Shown: positions 51,049-62,778, counted from the first letter of the stretch. The stretch: DNA of 64,000 bases from an uncultured delta proteobacterium (GCA_963745035.1 CAVUVW010000013.1:960001-1024000), one strand, 5' to 3'. The notes: generated by a model from the letters alone, not told the origin. Numbers and translations are program-made.

Positions 51049-52200
51049 TGGGCCGCAGTCCCTTCTTTGCTCTCCGCGCGCGAGCGCATCGGCGATCTCG
51101 GCGCGCACTTCGTCGTCGCTTTCGATAACCCGGCGCTTCTCCAACGCGCGCACCGCGGGCAGGGAGCCGATCTCACCCAGAGCCCAGGCAGCGTGGCCGC
51201 GCACCAATGGCTCTTCGTCGTCGAGCAGACGAATCAATTCAGGCACGGCTTCCAAAGATTTGAGATTCCCCAGAGCGACCGCGACATTGCGCAAAAAGCC
51301 GCGCCGCTTGGCGCGCAAGATCGGACTGCCTTTAAACCGCCGGCGAAATTCATCGCGATCGAGCGACAGCAGCGGGATCAGTTGCGGCGCGTGCAAGCCG
51401 GCGCGCGGCTGGTAGGCGTTCTCGGGACTCGCTTCCGCCTTCACGTTATACGGGCAGACTTCCTGGCAGATGTCGCAGCCGAAAACATGGTTGCCGATCA
51501 ACGGGCGCAGATGGCGCGGCATCCAGCCTTTGAGCTCGATGGTCAGATAGGAAATGCAGCGGCGCGCGTCGAGCACGTAGGGCCCGACAAAGGCGCCGGT
51601 CGGACAGGCTTTGAGACACAGCTCGCAGCGACCGCAGCGATCGCCGATCGGGCGGTCGTAGTCGAGCGGCAGGTCGAGAAACAACTCGCCCAGAAAAAAC
51701 CACGAGCCTTTTTTGGGAGAGATCAGATGGGTGTTCTTGCCGATCCAGCCGAGCCCGGCCACGCCGGCGATGTCTCTTTCCAGCACCGGACCGGAATCGA
51801 CGAAAACTCTGCCTTGCACGGGCGCGCCGTGTAGCTCGTTCACTCGATCCAGCAGCGCTTCGAGTTTCTCTCGCATCACGTCGTGATAATCGTCGCCCCA
51901 CGCGTAGCGCGATATCCAACCTTGGGCGTCGTCGACCGGCTCGGGACGCGGAAATTCGGTGTAATAATTCATACCCACGGAAATGACCGAAACCGCCCAG
52001 GGCACCAGCGCCCGCGGATCGCGCCGCGTGTCTTCGCTCCGCTTCATGTACTCCAATTCGCCCGCCATGCCTTGGCGCAGCCAGCGCGAGAACGACTCCG
52101 CGTGCGGCGGCGCGCCGACCGGCGAAATGCCCACTAGAAAAAACCCGAGTTGCTGCGCTGCTTCCTTGATGCGGGCCGATAGACTGAAACGGTCGTTCAT
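50905..52200 (-). CDS. queG: Epoxyqueuosine reductase
   Basis: ISRYAWGDDYH, VDSGPVLER, GWIGKN, CGRCELC..ACP, RCISYLTIE, GCDICQEVCP; true 3' end may be near 51050. Confidence 0.93.
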   Translation of the reverse strand: MNDRFSLSARIKEAAQQLGFFLVGISPVGAPPHAESFSRWLRQGMAGELEYMKRSEDTRRDPRALVPWAVSVISVGMNYYTEFPRPEPVDDAQGWISRYAWGDDYHDVMREKLEALLDRVNELHGAPVQGRVFVDSGPVLERDIAGVAGLGWIGKNTHLISPKKGSWFFLGELFLDLPLDYDRPIGDRCGRCELCLKACPTGAFVGPYVLDARRCISYLTIELKGWMPRHLRPLIGNHVFGCDICQEVCPYNVKAEASPENAYQPRAGLHAPQLIPLLSLDRDEFRRRFKGSPILRAKRRGFLRNVAVALGNLKSLEAVPELIRLLDDEEPLVRGHAAWALGEIGSLPAVRALEKRRVIESDDEVRAEIADALARGEQRRDCGPLARGCGDRCLQGFGDAAQPAGAVETRVLGRSVGEQAIIGIAHDAILK

Positions 52201-52261
52201 GAGGAAAATCTACTTGGGGTGCGCCTGAAGCGCGGGAATAGACGAGATCTTCGCGAGCCGA

Positions 52262-52712
52262 TCAGTGGTACGAAGTTTCGTCTTCCGGGTCGGCATCGCC
52301 ATCGTCGAGCAGCGGCTTGCGCCCGGCGAAACCATCCTCGATTCCATGCCAGAAGCCGACGTTCGGTTCGCCGAGCTGCCAGCAAAGAAACACCACCTCG
52401 GCGCCGAGCATGCACGGAAAGTCGATCAGTCCCTGCTCCACGCCCTTGCACACGCAGCCGTGGGCGTTGATTTCCTCGACCCAGCTCTGTACCTGGCCGA
52501 TGAGCTTGGCGATCTCGGCATCGTCGGCGCAGATGTTCCATCAGATCGGGCGCGTCGGCGTCGAGCTGTTCCCTGCGAATCACGGTTTCGCTGGCGCTCT
52601 TCAGGCGCCGGATATTCTCCAGAATCTGTTCCACCAACGGCCGCAGCTTGGGCAGCAGCTCGTTGGCTTCATTGACCGTAAACAAGCGGGAATAGTTTCC
52701 CGTCGAATCCAT
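52262..52712 (-). CDS. DUF2203 family protein (frameshift near 52530)
   Basis: FTVNEANELLP + KGVEQGLIDFP...FLCWQLGE..FWH.IEDGFAGRKPL. Confidence 0.85.
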
Positions 52713-52752
52713 GAGTTTTATTCCACGACGTTTTCCACGCGCACGACAGCGG

Positions 52753-54048
52753 TTAGAGATTCATGCCGCTGCGAATTTGCCGGAGCAAAGCGATGTTGTC
52801 CGAGTGGCCGGTCATCGACGCGGAGATCGCGCCGCGGATCGGCCGCCCGAGCAGATAGAAATCGCCGAGAATGTCGAGAATCTTGTGGCGCGCGAATTCG
52901 TTGGGATAGCGCAAATCGGTGTTGATGATCTTGTCGTCGCCGATGATGATGCAGTTGTTGAGCTTGCCGCCGCCGGCGAGGCCCATGGTTTGGAGCTTCT
53001 CGATATCGCGGAGAAACCCGAAGGTGCGCGCCGGCGCGATCTCGTTTTTGAAAAACTCCGGCCCGCCGTACACGTAGGTATGTTCCTGCTCGCCCACCGG
53101 CTCCGGATAGCGCAGCCGATAATGAACCGACAACGATTCCGCCGGAGTGATGCTGATCGACTCGCCGTCTTTCGCCTCGATCCGGTATTGCCGGTCGATG
53201 ACGATCTCCGAAGAATCTTCGACCTGCTCCTCGACGCCGGCTTCCTCGATGGCCTGGCAGAACTCCACGGCGGAGCCGTCCATGATCGGCACCTCGCCCT
53301 GCACCTTGACGAGGAGATTGGTGATGCCGTAGCTGTGCATCACCGCGAGGAAATGCTCGACGGTGCCGATGGCAAAGCCCTTGGAGCGAAGCGAGGTCGC
53401 ATAGCCGGTGGAGCCGACATAGTCGAGATGGGCCGGCAACGTGACGTCGCCGGAGATTCCCGCGAATAGGATGCCGCGGTTGGCCGGCAGCGGGTGAAGA
53501 ATCAACCCGGTCTTCACTCCCGAGTGCAGTCCCTGCCCCGAGAGCACCACGCTTTTTTGCAGCGTCTTCTGCTTACGCGTTTGCAGCGCGTCGCCGTTTT
53601 TCAACGCGGCCGCCGACTTGGCGGCGCGCGCTTTGTGCGCGCCGGCGGCGGATTTCTGCGCGCCGCTTGCCGCCTCGCCGAGCGCGCGCTGCACCGTCAG
53701 CAGCAATCCATCCAAGGTAACCGGCTTCTCGATGAAGTCGAAGGCGCCGAACTTGGTCGCAGTGACGGCGGTGTGAATATTGCCGTGGCCGGAAACCATC
53801 ACCACGGGAATGTCCGGCTCCTGGCTCTTGATCTCTTTCAGTAAACCGATGCCGTCGACCTGGGGCATCCAGATATCGAGCAGCACCAGCTCGGGCTTCT
53901 CCTCCCGGATCATCCTGAGAACCTGAGTGCCGTCCGCAGTGTCGAGCACGCGGTAGCCCTCGTCGGTCAATACCTCGCGCACCGACTCGCGCACGCCGTC
54001 CTCGTCGTCGACGATGAGAATAGTTTTCTGGTTGGCTGACTCTTCCAC
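52753..54048 (-). CDS. lpxC: Receiver domain fused to UDP-3-O-acyl-GlcNAc deacetylase (REC-LpxC)
   Basis: REC: ILIVDD, LLDIWMP, VSGHG, FIEKP. LpxC: KQKTL..G.GLHSG, TVEH, EVPIMDGSA, EIAPARTFGF, RHKILD.LGD, GH. AGGAGG RBS before GTG 54048. Confidence 0.92.
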   Translation of the reverse strand: MEESANQKTILIVDDEDGVRESVREVLTDEGYRVLDTADGTQVLRMIREEKPELVLLDIWMPQVDGIGLLKEIKSQEPDIPVVMVSGHGNIHTAVTATKFGAFDFIEKPVTLDGLLLTVQRALGEAASGAQKSAAGAHKARAAKSAAALKNGDALQTRKQKTLQKSVVLSGQGLHSGVKTGLILHPLPANRGILFAGISGDVTLPAHLDYVGSTGYATSLRSKGFAIGTVEHFLAVMHSYGITNLLVKVQGEVPIMDGSAVEFCQAIEEAGVEEQVEDSSEIVIDRQYRIEAKDGESISITPAESLSVHYRLRYPEPVGEQEHTYVYGGPEFFKNEIAPARTFGFLRDIEKLQTMGLAGGGKLNNCIIIGDDKIINTDLRYPNEFARHKILDILGDFYLLGRPIRGAISASMTGHSDNIALLRQIRSGMNL

Positions 54049-54069
54049 TCGCCCCTCCTGCAAAACCTG

Positions 54070-56301
54070 CTAAGAATAGACCGCCCGTTTGGCGGCGTCC
54101 TCCGCCGCAGCGGTGGCGCTCACGGGAAACTCGATGATAAAGCGGGTTCCCTTCGGTTCGTTGGGCCATGCGCGGATATAGCCGCGGTGGTCTTCGACGA
54201 TTTGGCTCACGATAGTCAATCCCAAACCGGTGCCGTTCTCCTTGGTGGAGAAATACGGCTCGAAGATTTTCGTGCGGATTTCCGCCGGCAGCCCGCAGCC
54301 GTTGTCGGCGACCTCCAAAGTCACCACGCCGCGCGCCGGATCGTGGATCGTCGCCAGCCTGACTTCGCCCTCGCCTTCCACCGCCGCCACCGCATTATCG
54401 AGGAGATTGATCAGCATGCGGTTGATCTGCTCGCGGTCGAGATCCAGAGCCGGAATCACGCCGCCGCGAAAATGAAAATGAATTCCAAGATGGCCTTCCT
54501 TGAACAAAACCAGCGCCTCGCCGACGACCTGGTTGAGATCGGCCGGGGCGAGCCGGGCCGAAGGCAGGCGCGCGAATTGAGAGAACTCGTTGACGAGGTT
54601 CTTGAGCTCGACGACCTGCTGGATGATCGTGCTCGTGCACTTGTCGAGAATCGCGCCGTCGCCTTCGAGCATTTTGGCGTAGCGTTTGCGCAGCCGCTCC
54701 GCTGAAAGTTGAATCGGCGTGAGCGGATTTTTGATTTCATGCGCGATTCGGCGCGCGACTTCGCGCCATGCCTCCATGCGCTGTACCTGCTGGATCTGGG
54801 TAATGTCCTCGAGAAACAGCATCACGCCCAAAATCGAACCGTCGTCGTCGCGCAAAGTCGCCGCGTTGACCATCACCGTCAACAGACGATCGCTGAGCGA
54901 AAGGCGGATCTCGCGCTCGACGCTCTCGCGCCCCATGACGCTGTCGAGTATGGCGCGCAGCTCGGCCAGAGCTTCGGTATGAAAAACTTCCTGGTAGTTT
55001 CTTCCGACCGCGCGGTCGGCCGCGACCGCGAGGATCTTCTCCGCGGCCTTGTTCCAGGTGGTGATCTTTCCTGCCGGATCCACCGACACCACGCCCGCGG
55101 CGATGTTCGCCAGCAAGGTCTCCACCACCGTGCCGCGGCGCTCGAGCTCGAGCTTGATCTGCTTTAAATCGCCGGTCATCTGGTTGAAGGAATTCATCAG
55201 CACGCCGATTTCATCGTCGCCGCCGGCCTCGATGCGGTAGTCCCAATTGCCCTGAGCCACCTCGTGGGTGCCTTCGGCGAGCTTTTGAATCGGCACGGTA
55301 ATGCTCCGGGAAATATACATGCCGCACCAGGTCGCGGCGAAAATCACCACCAACGTGATCAGCAGCAAAGTCAGAAGATAGCTGTTTTTCACCGGCGTCT
55401 TTAAAAACGTCAGATACTTGTACTGCTCGTAGGATTGGGAAATTTCCACGGCGCGCTTGGAAATGCTCTTGGGCACGTAATAATCGACCACCACTACGCC
55501 GCGAATGCGCCGGTCCGAGCTGTAAAGCGGCACGCCGCCGCGGATCACGTCGGCGTCGCCCAGGATTTCCGTGCGCGTCACTTCGAGACCGCGCAAAGCG
55601 CGCTGCAGAAACTCTCCCTCCACTTTGACCACTCCGCCCGTCGGCACCTGCTCGTTGACCGCGACGATCAGCGGCTCGCCGTCGGGCGCGATGATTTCCA
55701 CGGTGCCGAGGTTGTACTCGCGCTGCTTCATCTGCACGAAAGCCTTGAGGTCCGCGGCGTTCTGCTTGTCGGCCAAGCCCTCGGCGGTGAGCCGCTGGCT
55801 CAATTGGCGAGCGTAGAAAATCGCGTTGTTCGCCGAATTTTGATAGTAGGTTTGGCCGATTTCCAAGGAGCCCTGCAGCGCGCTGTCGACTTTGGAATCG
55901 AACCAGCGGTCGAAGGAGCGGGTCAAAAGCCCGCCGGCGATCGTGAACAGCAGCACGCTCGGTACCAGCGACAGCGACACGAAGGCCAGCACGAGGCGCC
56001 CCTGGAGGCGCGAGCCGAGAATCCGCCGACGCCGCTCGACGATCAGCTTGATCAGATTGCGCACCACCAGAAACACCAGCAGCCCGAGCAGGATGATGTT
56101 GACGTTGATCAGGAGAAAAAAAACGATGTTGCTGGCAATGGACGATTCCGCCGAGACGTCGGGCAGCTGCACTTCGAAATAGACCAGCGCCGCGACCATC
56201 AGCGCGGTGATCAGAATGACGATCCCTTCACGCTTGCGGCGCTTGGTTTCCTCGCGCTTGAGAGTTTCCGCGCGAGAGATCGCGGGACTGGCGGCTTCCA
56301 T
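54070..56301 (-). CDS. NtrY-like sensor histidine kinase
   Basis: TM helices, periplasmic domain, [52 protein letters not shown]. Confidence 0.92.
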   Translation of the reverse strand: MEAASPAISRAETLKREETKRRKREGIVILITALMVAALVYFEVQLPDVSAESSIASNIVFFLLINVNIILLGLLVFLVVRNLIKLIVERRRRILGSRLQGRLVLAFVSLSLVPSVLLFTIAGGLLTRSFDRWFDSKVDSALQGSLEIGQTYYQNSANNAIFYARQLSQRLTAEGLADKQNAADLKAFVQMKQREYNLGTVEIIAPDGEPLIVAVNEQVPTGGVVKVEGEFLQRALRGLEVTRTEILGDADVIRGGVPLYSSDRRIRGVVVVDYYVPKSISKRAVEISQSYEQYKYLTFLKTPVKNSYLLTLLLITLVVIFAATWCGMYISRSITVPIQKLAEGTHEVAQGNWDYRIEAGGDDEIGVLMNSFNQMTGDLKQIKLELERRGTVVETLLANIAAGVVSVDPAGKITTWNKAAEKILAVAADRAVGRNYQEVFHTEALAELRAILDSVMGRESVEREIRLSLSDRLLTVMVNAATLRDDDGSILGVMLFLEDITQIQQVQRMEAWREVARRIAHEIKNPLTPIQLSAERLRKRYAKMLEGDGAILDKCTSTIIQQVVELKNLVNEFSQFARLPSARLAPADLNQVVGEALVLFKEGHLGIHFHFRGGVIPALDLDREQINRMLINLLDNAVAAVEGEGEVRLATIHDPARGVVTLEVADNGCGLPAEIRTKIFEPYFSTKENGTGLGLTIVSQIVEDHRGYIRAWPNEPKGTRFIIEFPVSATAAAEDAAKRAVYS

Positions 56302-56345
56302 CGGGCTCTACCCGGGACTAAGCGCCCGGAAGATTAACGAAAAGA

Positions 56346-56558
56346 TTACCTTCTAAAGAAATAAAGGACAAGCGAGATGAGCACGCTGATGAGAATGCAG
56401 GTGGTGATCGGAAAATAGAATGAAAAGCGCTCGCGCTGGATCGTTATGTCGCCGGGCAAATTTCCCAACCAGGGCAACTTGCCCGCAAACGATAACACCA
56501 CCCCGACGACCACGAGAATCAGTCCAAAAAAAACCAGTGTCTTGCCGAATTCCGACAT
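56346..56558 (-). CDS. DUF2905 membrane protein
   Basis: WLGNLPGDI, FYFPITTCILIS. Confidence 0.88.
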   Translation of the reverse strand: MSEFGKTLVFFGLILVVVGVVLSFAGKLPWLGNLPGDITIQRERFSFYFPITTCILISVLISLVLYFFRR

Positions 56559-56592
56559 AGCGCACCGCCTTCATATCGGGCGTGCCCCGCGG

Positions 56593-57622
56593 TTAAAATA
56601 GCGAGGGTTGCTTCTTGGCGGCGCCGCCGCTAGCCAGGGCGCTCTGTTCCCGGCCGAAATGATCGAACGCCAGGACGGTGGCGACCCGGCCGCGCGGCGT
56701 GCGTTGGACAAAGCCCGCCTGGATCAGAAACGGCTCATAGACGTCCTCGATGGTGTCTTTCTCCTCGCCGATGGCCGCCGCCAGGGTTTCGACACCCACG
56801 GGACCGCCGCCAAACTTGTCAATCAGCGTAAGCAGCAGCATGGTATCCATCTTGTCCAGCCCCAGCCGATCGACTTCGAGCATCTTGAGCGCCTCGTCGG
56901 TGATCGACTTCGTGATCATGCCGTCGCCTTTGACCTGCGCGTAGTCGCGCACCCGGCGCAGCAAGCGATTGGCGATGCGCGGCGTGCCGCGCGAGCGCGC
57001 GGCAATCTCGGCAATGCCGTCGCTCTGCTTCGCGCACGCCGAGGATCGCCGCCGAGCGCTTGAGGATGCGCGCCAGCGCCGCGGTGTCGTAGAAATCCAA
57101 ACGGTGAATATGGCCGAACCGATCGCGCAGCGGCGACGTCAACAGGCCCGAACGGGTAGTGGCGCCGATCAGCGTGAAGCGCTTCAGATCGAGCTTGATC
57201 GATCGCGCCGACGGGCCCTGACCGATCATGATGTCGATCTGATAGTCTTCCATCGCCGGATAGAGCACTTCCTCGACGATGTGATTCAGGCGATGAATTT
57301 CGTCGATGAAAAGCACGTCGCCTTGCTCGAGGTTGGTCAGCAGCGCGGCGAGATCGCCGGGCCGCTCCACCACCGGCCCCGAAGTCGCCCTGATGTTGAC
57401 GCCCATTTCCCGGGCGATGATGTAGGCGAGCGAGGTCTTGCCCAATCCCGGCGGGCCATGAAACAGCATATGATCGAGGACGTCGCCGCGCCCGCGCGCT
57501 GCCGCGATCGCCACCCGCAGATTGGCCTTGACCTGCTCCTGGCCGACGTATTCGTCGAAGCCGCGCGGCCGTAGATTGACCTCGTAGTTCAGGTCTTCGT
57601 CGTTTTTGTCAGCGCTTAGCAT
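56593..57622 (-). CDS. ruvB: Holliday junction helicase RuvB (frameshift near 57020)
   Basis: [49 protein letters not shown]. Confidence 0.95.
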
Positions 57623-57717
57623 GGTCGCAGGAGTATTACCGGCACATCATATCGACGGTGATCCGAGGCCCTATCCACGCCTAATCGTCAGCAGCCGTCC
57701 TCGATTCTTGGTGAAGC

Positions 57718-58307
57718 TCAGCTCATGCGCCGGAGCGTTTCCTTGATCACGTCCTCCAATGAGCGTTCGCCTTTCTTGAGCACCTCGCGAACCAGTTTTT
57801 CCGCCTCGGGTCTTTTATATCCCAGATTGACCAAAGCGCGAAACCGCGTCGAGCAAAAGTTGCGATCCACCGTCGGTCTTGGCGCTTTCCTGCCCGGGCG
57901 GCGCCAGAGTGGCGAACTTGTCCTTCAACTCGACGATCATCCGCTCGGCGAGTTTTCTGCCCACTCCGGGAATCGCGACCAGACGCACTTGGTCGGCTTC
58001 CTTCAACGCGCGCGCCAACTCGTCGGCCGCGATGCCGGAAAGAATGTTGATGGCGAGCTTGGGTCCGATTCCCGAGACGCCGATCAGCAGCAAGAAGAGC
58101 TGTTTTTCTTCCGGATCTTGAAAACCGAAAAGCTGAAGCGCGTCCTCGCGAACGTGGGTGTGGATTTGCAAGCTCACCGCAGCGCCGATTTCCGGCAGGC
58201 GATAAAAGACATTGAGCGGAATAAAGATCTGATAGCCGACTCCGCCAACGTCGACCACCGCCTCGCCGGGCATCTTTTGCGCTAGAGTTCCGCTGATTGG
58301 CGATCAG
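57718..58307 (-). CDS. ruvA: RuvA (frameshifts near both ends)
   Basis: DVGGVGY, HVREDALQLFGF, GIGPKLA, PGVGRKLAERMIVELKDK. Confidence 0.92.
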
Positions 58308-58925
58308 TCGCTAATCACAAGAGGCCGGCTCCAGCGCTTGGCGGCAAGCTCGACGCAGTCGCGCCAGCTCGTCCGGCCGGAGGCTCCGTTGCGCGACGGC
58401 GCCAACGTAATTTGGAAAGTCTCGCGATGAACGTGACAGATCGCCGCCGCCAGCGCATCGGCGGCGTCCGCGCGCATGGCGCCACGCACGAGGAGCAATG
58501 CGCCGACCATTTTTTGCACCTGCTCCTTGGTCGCGCGGCCGTAGCCGACCACCGCGACTTTGATTTCCGCCGCCGAATACTCGGCGATATGCAGCCGATG
58601 CTCTGCCGCCGCCAACAAAGCGACGCCGCGCGCTTGCCCGAGCTTCAGCGCGCTTTGCGCATTGCGCGAGAAGAATACCTTTTCCAAACTGACGGCAGTC
58701 GGACGACAATCTTCGATGATTTCGTGGAGCCCGCGGTAGATGTGGCTCAAGCGCTCGGCCAGCCCGAGTGCGGCGGATGTGGCGATGATTCCGTGCGAGC
58801 GGCAGCGCAGTTTGATTGGCTTCCACTTCGACGATTCCCCAGCCGGTCACAAGCGAACCGGGGTCGATGCCAAGAATGATTTCCCGACCGAGCCGCCTGG
58901 CGCTGCTCTTGAGCGTCGGCGCCAC
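58304..58925 (-). CDS. ruvC: RuvC resolvase (frameshift near 58800)
   Basis: ILGIDPG..TGWG + E.VF..N.QSALKLGQARG, K.AVVGYG.A.KEQV, DAADALAAAICH. Confidence 0.92.
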
Positions 58926-58929
58926 CGCT

Positions 58930-59676
58930 TCAGCTCGCCTTGTCCATCAGCTCGGAAGGAATGTTGAAATTGGCCGACACGCTCTGCACGTCGTCGTGGT
59001 CTTCGAGCTCTTCGGTGAGCTTGAGAATCTGCTCGACGTGCTTGGCGTCGACGTCGACGGTGTTCTTCGGCACCAAAGTCACCTGCGCGCTGGCCACCGC
59101 GATCTTTTCCTGATCCAGGCGCTCCTTCACCGCGGCGAAATCCTCCGGCAAGGTCACGACTTCGAAAATCTCGTCTTCGTCGCGCACGTCTTCGGCGCCG
59201 GCGTCGAGCACGATGCCCATCAAGCGGTCTTCATCGACCTGGACTTTTTCGACGGCGATCACGCCCTTCTTGTCGAACATCCAGGACACGCAGCCGGTCT
59301 CCCCCAGGTTGCCGCCGTGTTTGGTGAATAGCCGGCGGATCTCCGATACGGTGCGGTTTTTATTGTCGGTCAAGACCTGCGCGATGATCGCGGCGCCGCC
59401 GGGACCGTAACCTTCGTACTGGATTTCTTCGTAGGTAACCCCTTCGAGCTCGCCGGTGCCCTTCTTGATCGCCCGATCGATATTCTCGTTCGGCATGCTG
59501 TTGCTGCGCGCGGTCAACACCGCCGTGCGGAGACGCGGATTGGCATTGATATCGCCGCCGCCCATGCGCGCGGCGACGGTAATTTCCTTGATGAGCTTGG
59601 TGAAGATCTTGCCGCGCTTGGCGTCCTTGGCAGCCTTCTTGTGCTTGATCGTGCTCCACTTCGAATGACCGGACAT
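58930..59676 (-). CDS. YebC/PmpR family protein
   Basis: [29 protein letters not shown]. Confidence 0.96.
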   Translation of the reverse strand: MSGHSKWSTIKHKKAAKDAKRGKIFTKLIKEITVAARMGGGDINANPRLRTAVLTARSNSMPNENIDRAIKKGTGELEGVTYEEIQYEGYGPGGAAIIAQVLTDNKNRTVSEIRRLFTKHGGNLGETGCVSWMFDKKGVIAVEKVQVDEDRLMGIVLDAGAEDVRDEDEIFEVVTLPEDFAAVKERLDQEKIAVASAQVTLVPKNTVDVDAKHVEQILKLTEELEDHDDVQSVSANFNIPSELMDKAS

Positions 59677-59930
59677 AAATGTGACCTTCCGTTAAATTCG
59701 CTCGTAACCTAACACAATCGCCCCACCGGGTAAACCAGACTATCGCGATCGCCCGCCGCGCGGTCCAGGCGGTTCAGAGCGCATCTTCGCAGGCCGATGA
59801 ACCGTTTGTCTTGTCTTCACCGAAGGATTGCGCCACGGAGATCCTAAGCGCCGATTTCGGCATGAGTGCGGCAGCAAATCCGCGCCGCGCGCTTTTTTCC
59901 CGAAGAGTTCTTCGCTATACTCCGGCCACG

Positions 59931-60629
59931 ATGAGCCCGAACATGTTGCTGCGTCCCATCGGCTCATGGCTACCGGCGCGTCCTAAGAACGCGCCGTTGT
60001 TTTTTGCGCTGGCGCTGGCGCTCGGCTGCTCCGTGCCGCCAAGCAAGGTACGCGTACCGGAGCCGCCGTCCACCGGCGGCCTCAGCCAAACCGGCATCGC
60101 TTCCTGGTACGGCCCCGGCTTTCACGGCAAAGCCACCGCGAGCGGCGCGATCTACAACCAGAACGATTTCACCGCGGCGCATCAAACCTTGCCCCTCGGC
60201 ACGCGCGTGATGGTGACCAATTTGGAAAACGGCAGCACCACGGAGGTGACGATCAACGATCGCGGCCCGTTTGCCAAGGGCCGGATCATCGATCTTTCGC
60301 ACTCCGCGGCGCGGCTGCTCGACATGGTGGGCCCAGGCACCGCGCTGGTGCGCGTCGACGTGCTCGAAAGCCCGGTCAAACTGCAAAGCATTCGCACCGC
60401 TTTGAACTACACTCTGCAACTGGGATCGTTCACGCAAATGGACAACGCCCGACAGCTTCGCGATCGCGCGGCAAGGACGTTTCCCGACGTGACCATCGCG
60501 CCGCTCCATTCCCAAGACGCCACCTACTATCGAGTGCATCTCGGCACGTTCTCGAACCGGACCGACGCCGAAGCGCAAGCCCGGCAGGTGACCCAGGCAG
60601 GCTATTCGGTCATCATCATGGAGAAATAG
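59931..60629 (+). CDS. rlpA: Septal ring lytic transglycosylase RlpA
   Basis: ALG-C lipobox, GIASWYG, TAAHQTLP, INDRGPF..RIIDLS, SPOR domain. Confidence 0.93.
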   Translation: MSPNMLLRPIGSWLPARPKNAPLFFALALALGCSVPPSKVRVPEPPSTGGLSQTGIASWYGPGFHGKATASGAIYNQNDFTAAHQTLPLGTRVMVTNLENGSTTEVTINDRGPFAKGRIIDLSHSAARLLDMVGPGTALVRVDVLESPVKLQSIRTALNYTLQLGSFTQMDNARQLRDRAARTFPDVTIAPLHSQDATYYRVHLGTFSNRTDAEAQARQVTQAGYSVIIMEK

Positions 60630-61925
60630 GTGGATGAGCCCCCTTCGCTGACTCTTTGCGCGCGAAGGCGCGTGCCGCGCGCCGGTTTTTTTCTGTTCGC
60701 CGCCGTGCTGTCCGCTTGCGCATCTGCGGCGCCCCAGGTCGCTCCCCCGCCGGCCGCAAAGTTTGGGGAAATCGTCACGAGCGTCTCACAAACGCGCGGC
60801 CTCGAATGGAAGCAGGAAATCACCCTGGCGCCAGCCGCCGCGAGCAATTCCGCGGACCTCCAAAGCGAGTTTTACAATGGCGCGCCGCTCGCGGCCGTCG
60901 AACAGGCGTACAAAGCCATCGGCTTGTTGGCCGGCGCCGACGATTTGAAGAAGTCACTGGCGGACTTGGTCCGACTCGAATCCCTCATCGGCTATGATCG
61001 CAAGCGCGCAAGCGCGACCTGGTCGCCGGCCGCCGCGCAGCTCGGCGCCCCCTTGGCCAACCTCGATGCCGACAAGGCGCGCGATCTCGCGCCGGTGCTC
61101 GCGGCGATGCGGGCGCTCCAGGAGCAGCACTTCCAATCGCCTGCCGCCATCGATCGAACAGCGATCGAAGACCGCCGCTCGGCGCTCGCCGCCGTCGCGG
61201 CCGGCGACGCGCTGTTGACGTTCATGATGCGGGGGTTGCAAAAGGAAGCGCCGAATCTGGAAATCGCCGACCAAATCGCCGCAACGCTGGAGCGCTTGGC
61301 CGGCGACTTGCCGGATTTCCTGCGTCGTCGTTTGACCTTTCCCTACCGCCACGGCAGCCGCTTTGTGTATTGGGCCTTCAAAGCCAAAGGCTGGCAAGGA
61401 GTCAACGGCATTTACGCCGATCCGCCGCGTGCCACCACGGAGATTATTCATCCGGAAAAATACTTCATCGAGCGCGAGCCGCCGCTGCTTTTGTTTCCAC
61501 CGCACTTGCTGCGCCGGTTCAAGCAGCCGGCGGCGATCGAGCAAACGCTGGGCGAAGACGCCATTGCCGGTTTGCTCACCGGGGCGAGTCGCGCGCAGGC
61601 AGCCGAAGAGATCGCCGCCGGTTGGCGCGGCGATCAGCTATTCCATTTCGCCGAAAACGGCGGTGCCGCAACTCTTTGGTTCACCTCCTGGCGAACGGAA
61701 AAACAAGCCGGTGAGTTTTTTCGCGCCTACTGGGCGGCCCTCGAGACACGCCACCGCGTGCGCTTCGAAATGGCCGCACCGAACGCGCCTGCCCTGGCCG
61801 TCGCGCGCGAGCGCGGCTGGCTGCTGCAGCGAATCGGAGACTTAGTGCTGCTGGTCAGCGCCTCGCCGGCGAGCGCTTTGCGCTCAGCTTGCCGCGGAGG
61901 CCTGGAAGGATTTGGAGGTCGATAA
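60630..61925 (+). CDS. Hypothetical lipoprotein, possibly a degenerate zincin-like fold
   Basis: LSA-C lipobox, RGL, ALQEQHF, GDA, FPY..G..FV, P..T.EIIHPEKY, GWRGD; no HExxH. Confidence 0.65.
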   Translation: MDEPPSLTLCARRRVPRAGFFLFAAVLSACASAAPQVAPPPAAKFGEIVTSVSQTRGLEWKQEITLAPAAASNSADLQSEFYNGAPLAAVEQAYKAIGLLAGADDLKKSLADLVRLESLIGYDRKRASATWSPAAAQLGAPLANLDADKARDLAPVLAAMRALQEQHFQSPAAIDRTAIEDRRSALAAVAAGDALLTFMMRGLQKEAPNLEIADQIAATLERLAGDLPDFLRRRLTFPYRHGSRFVYWAFKAKGWQGVNGIYADPPRATTEIIHPEKYFIEREPPLLLFPPHLLRRFKQPAAIEQTLGEDAIAGLLTGASRAQAAEEIAAGWRGDQLFHFAENGGAATLWFTSWRTEKQAGEFFRAYWAALETRHRVRFEMAAPNAPALAVARERGWLLQRIGDLVLLVSASPASALRSACRGGLEGFGGR

Positions 61926-61967
61926 GGAAACGGACGAGTTGCGCTTCGACTCGGCCCACGCTCCGGC

Positions 61968-62778
61968 TCAGTTTCCGCCCAGGAGCAGATAGCGGCCGTT
62001 TTCCATTTTGGCCCGCCCCTCGCGCGCGAGCTTTTCCAGGTGCGCCTGCACGGAAAATTCCGCCACCCGCTGGAGCGCTGCCGAGACGTCTTTATAGATG
62101 AGGTGCGTGATGTCCCCGATGGTTTGGTGCCCAGCCCGCAACGCCGCCAAAACCTGCTGCTCCCGCTCCATGCGATGTTTGATGTATTCTCTGATTTTCG
62201 CTTCGGGCTTGCCGACCAGCGGACCGTGGCCGGGCAGGATCAAGCTGATTTCGAAGCCGAGCAACCGCTCCAGCGAATGCAGATAATCGGTCATGTTGCC
62301 GTCCGGCGGACGAATCACCGCCGTGCCGAAGCCGAGAATGTTGTCGCCGCTGAACAGCACCCTGTCGCCGTTTTCGTAAAAGCAGCAGTGCCCCGACTCG
62401 TGGCCCGGCGTGTGCAGCACGTGCAGTTCGCCGCCGCCGAAGGAAATCCGGTCATTGTCGTCGTACTGAAAATCTTCGCCGCCGAGATAACCCTTGCGCG
62501 AGCGGTGAATGCCGAGCTTGGCGCCGCAACGCTTGCGCAGCGCCAGCGCGCCGCCGCAATGATCGCTGTGGATGTGGGTGAGCAGGATCTTTTCGATCTT
62601 CTTTGCGCCCATCGCCTCCACCTGCTCGATGATGCCGTCGAGGTTCGAGTCGGCGCTCAAGCGCCACGTCGATGACGATGACGCTCTCCTTGCCGACGAC
62701 GTATTGGTTGGTTCCCTGCAGCGTCATGATGCCGGGGTTGTCGGCCGTGAATTTTCCGATGAAATCCGGTGTCGCCAT
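61968..62778 (-). CDS. MBL-fold metallo-hydrolase (frameshift near 62660)
   Basis: ADNPG.MTLQGTNQY + LTHIHSDH, HTPGH, FSGD, PGHGP; possible upstream TRRxAL Tat-like leader to about 62890. Confidence 0.88.

Noticed and set aside
12690-62778. Frameshifts in the TPP enzyme, TerL, ribH, glyA, fabD, plsX, DUF2203, ruvA/B/C and the MBL gene as pseudogenes or programmed frameshifting
   Set aside because: They hit many conserved or essential genes, are small indels and share no slippery motif. Sequencing or assembly error is the simplest explanation.
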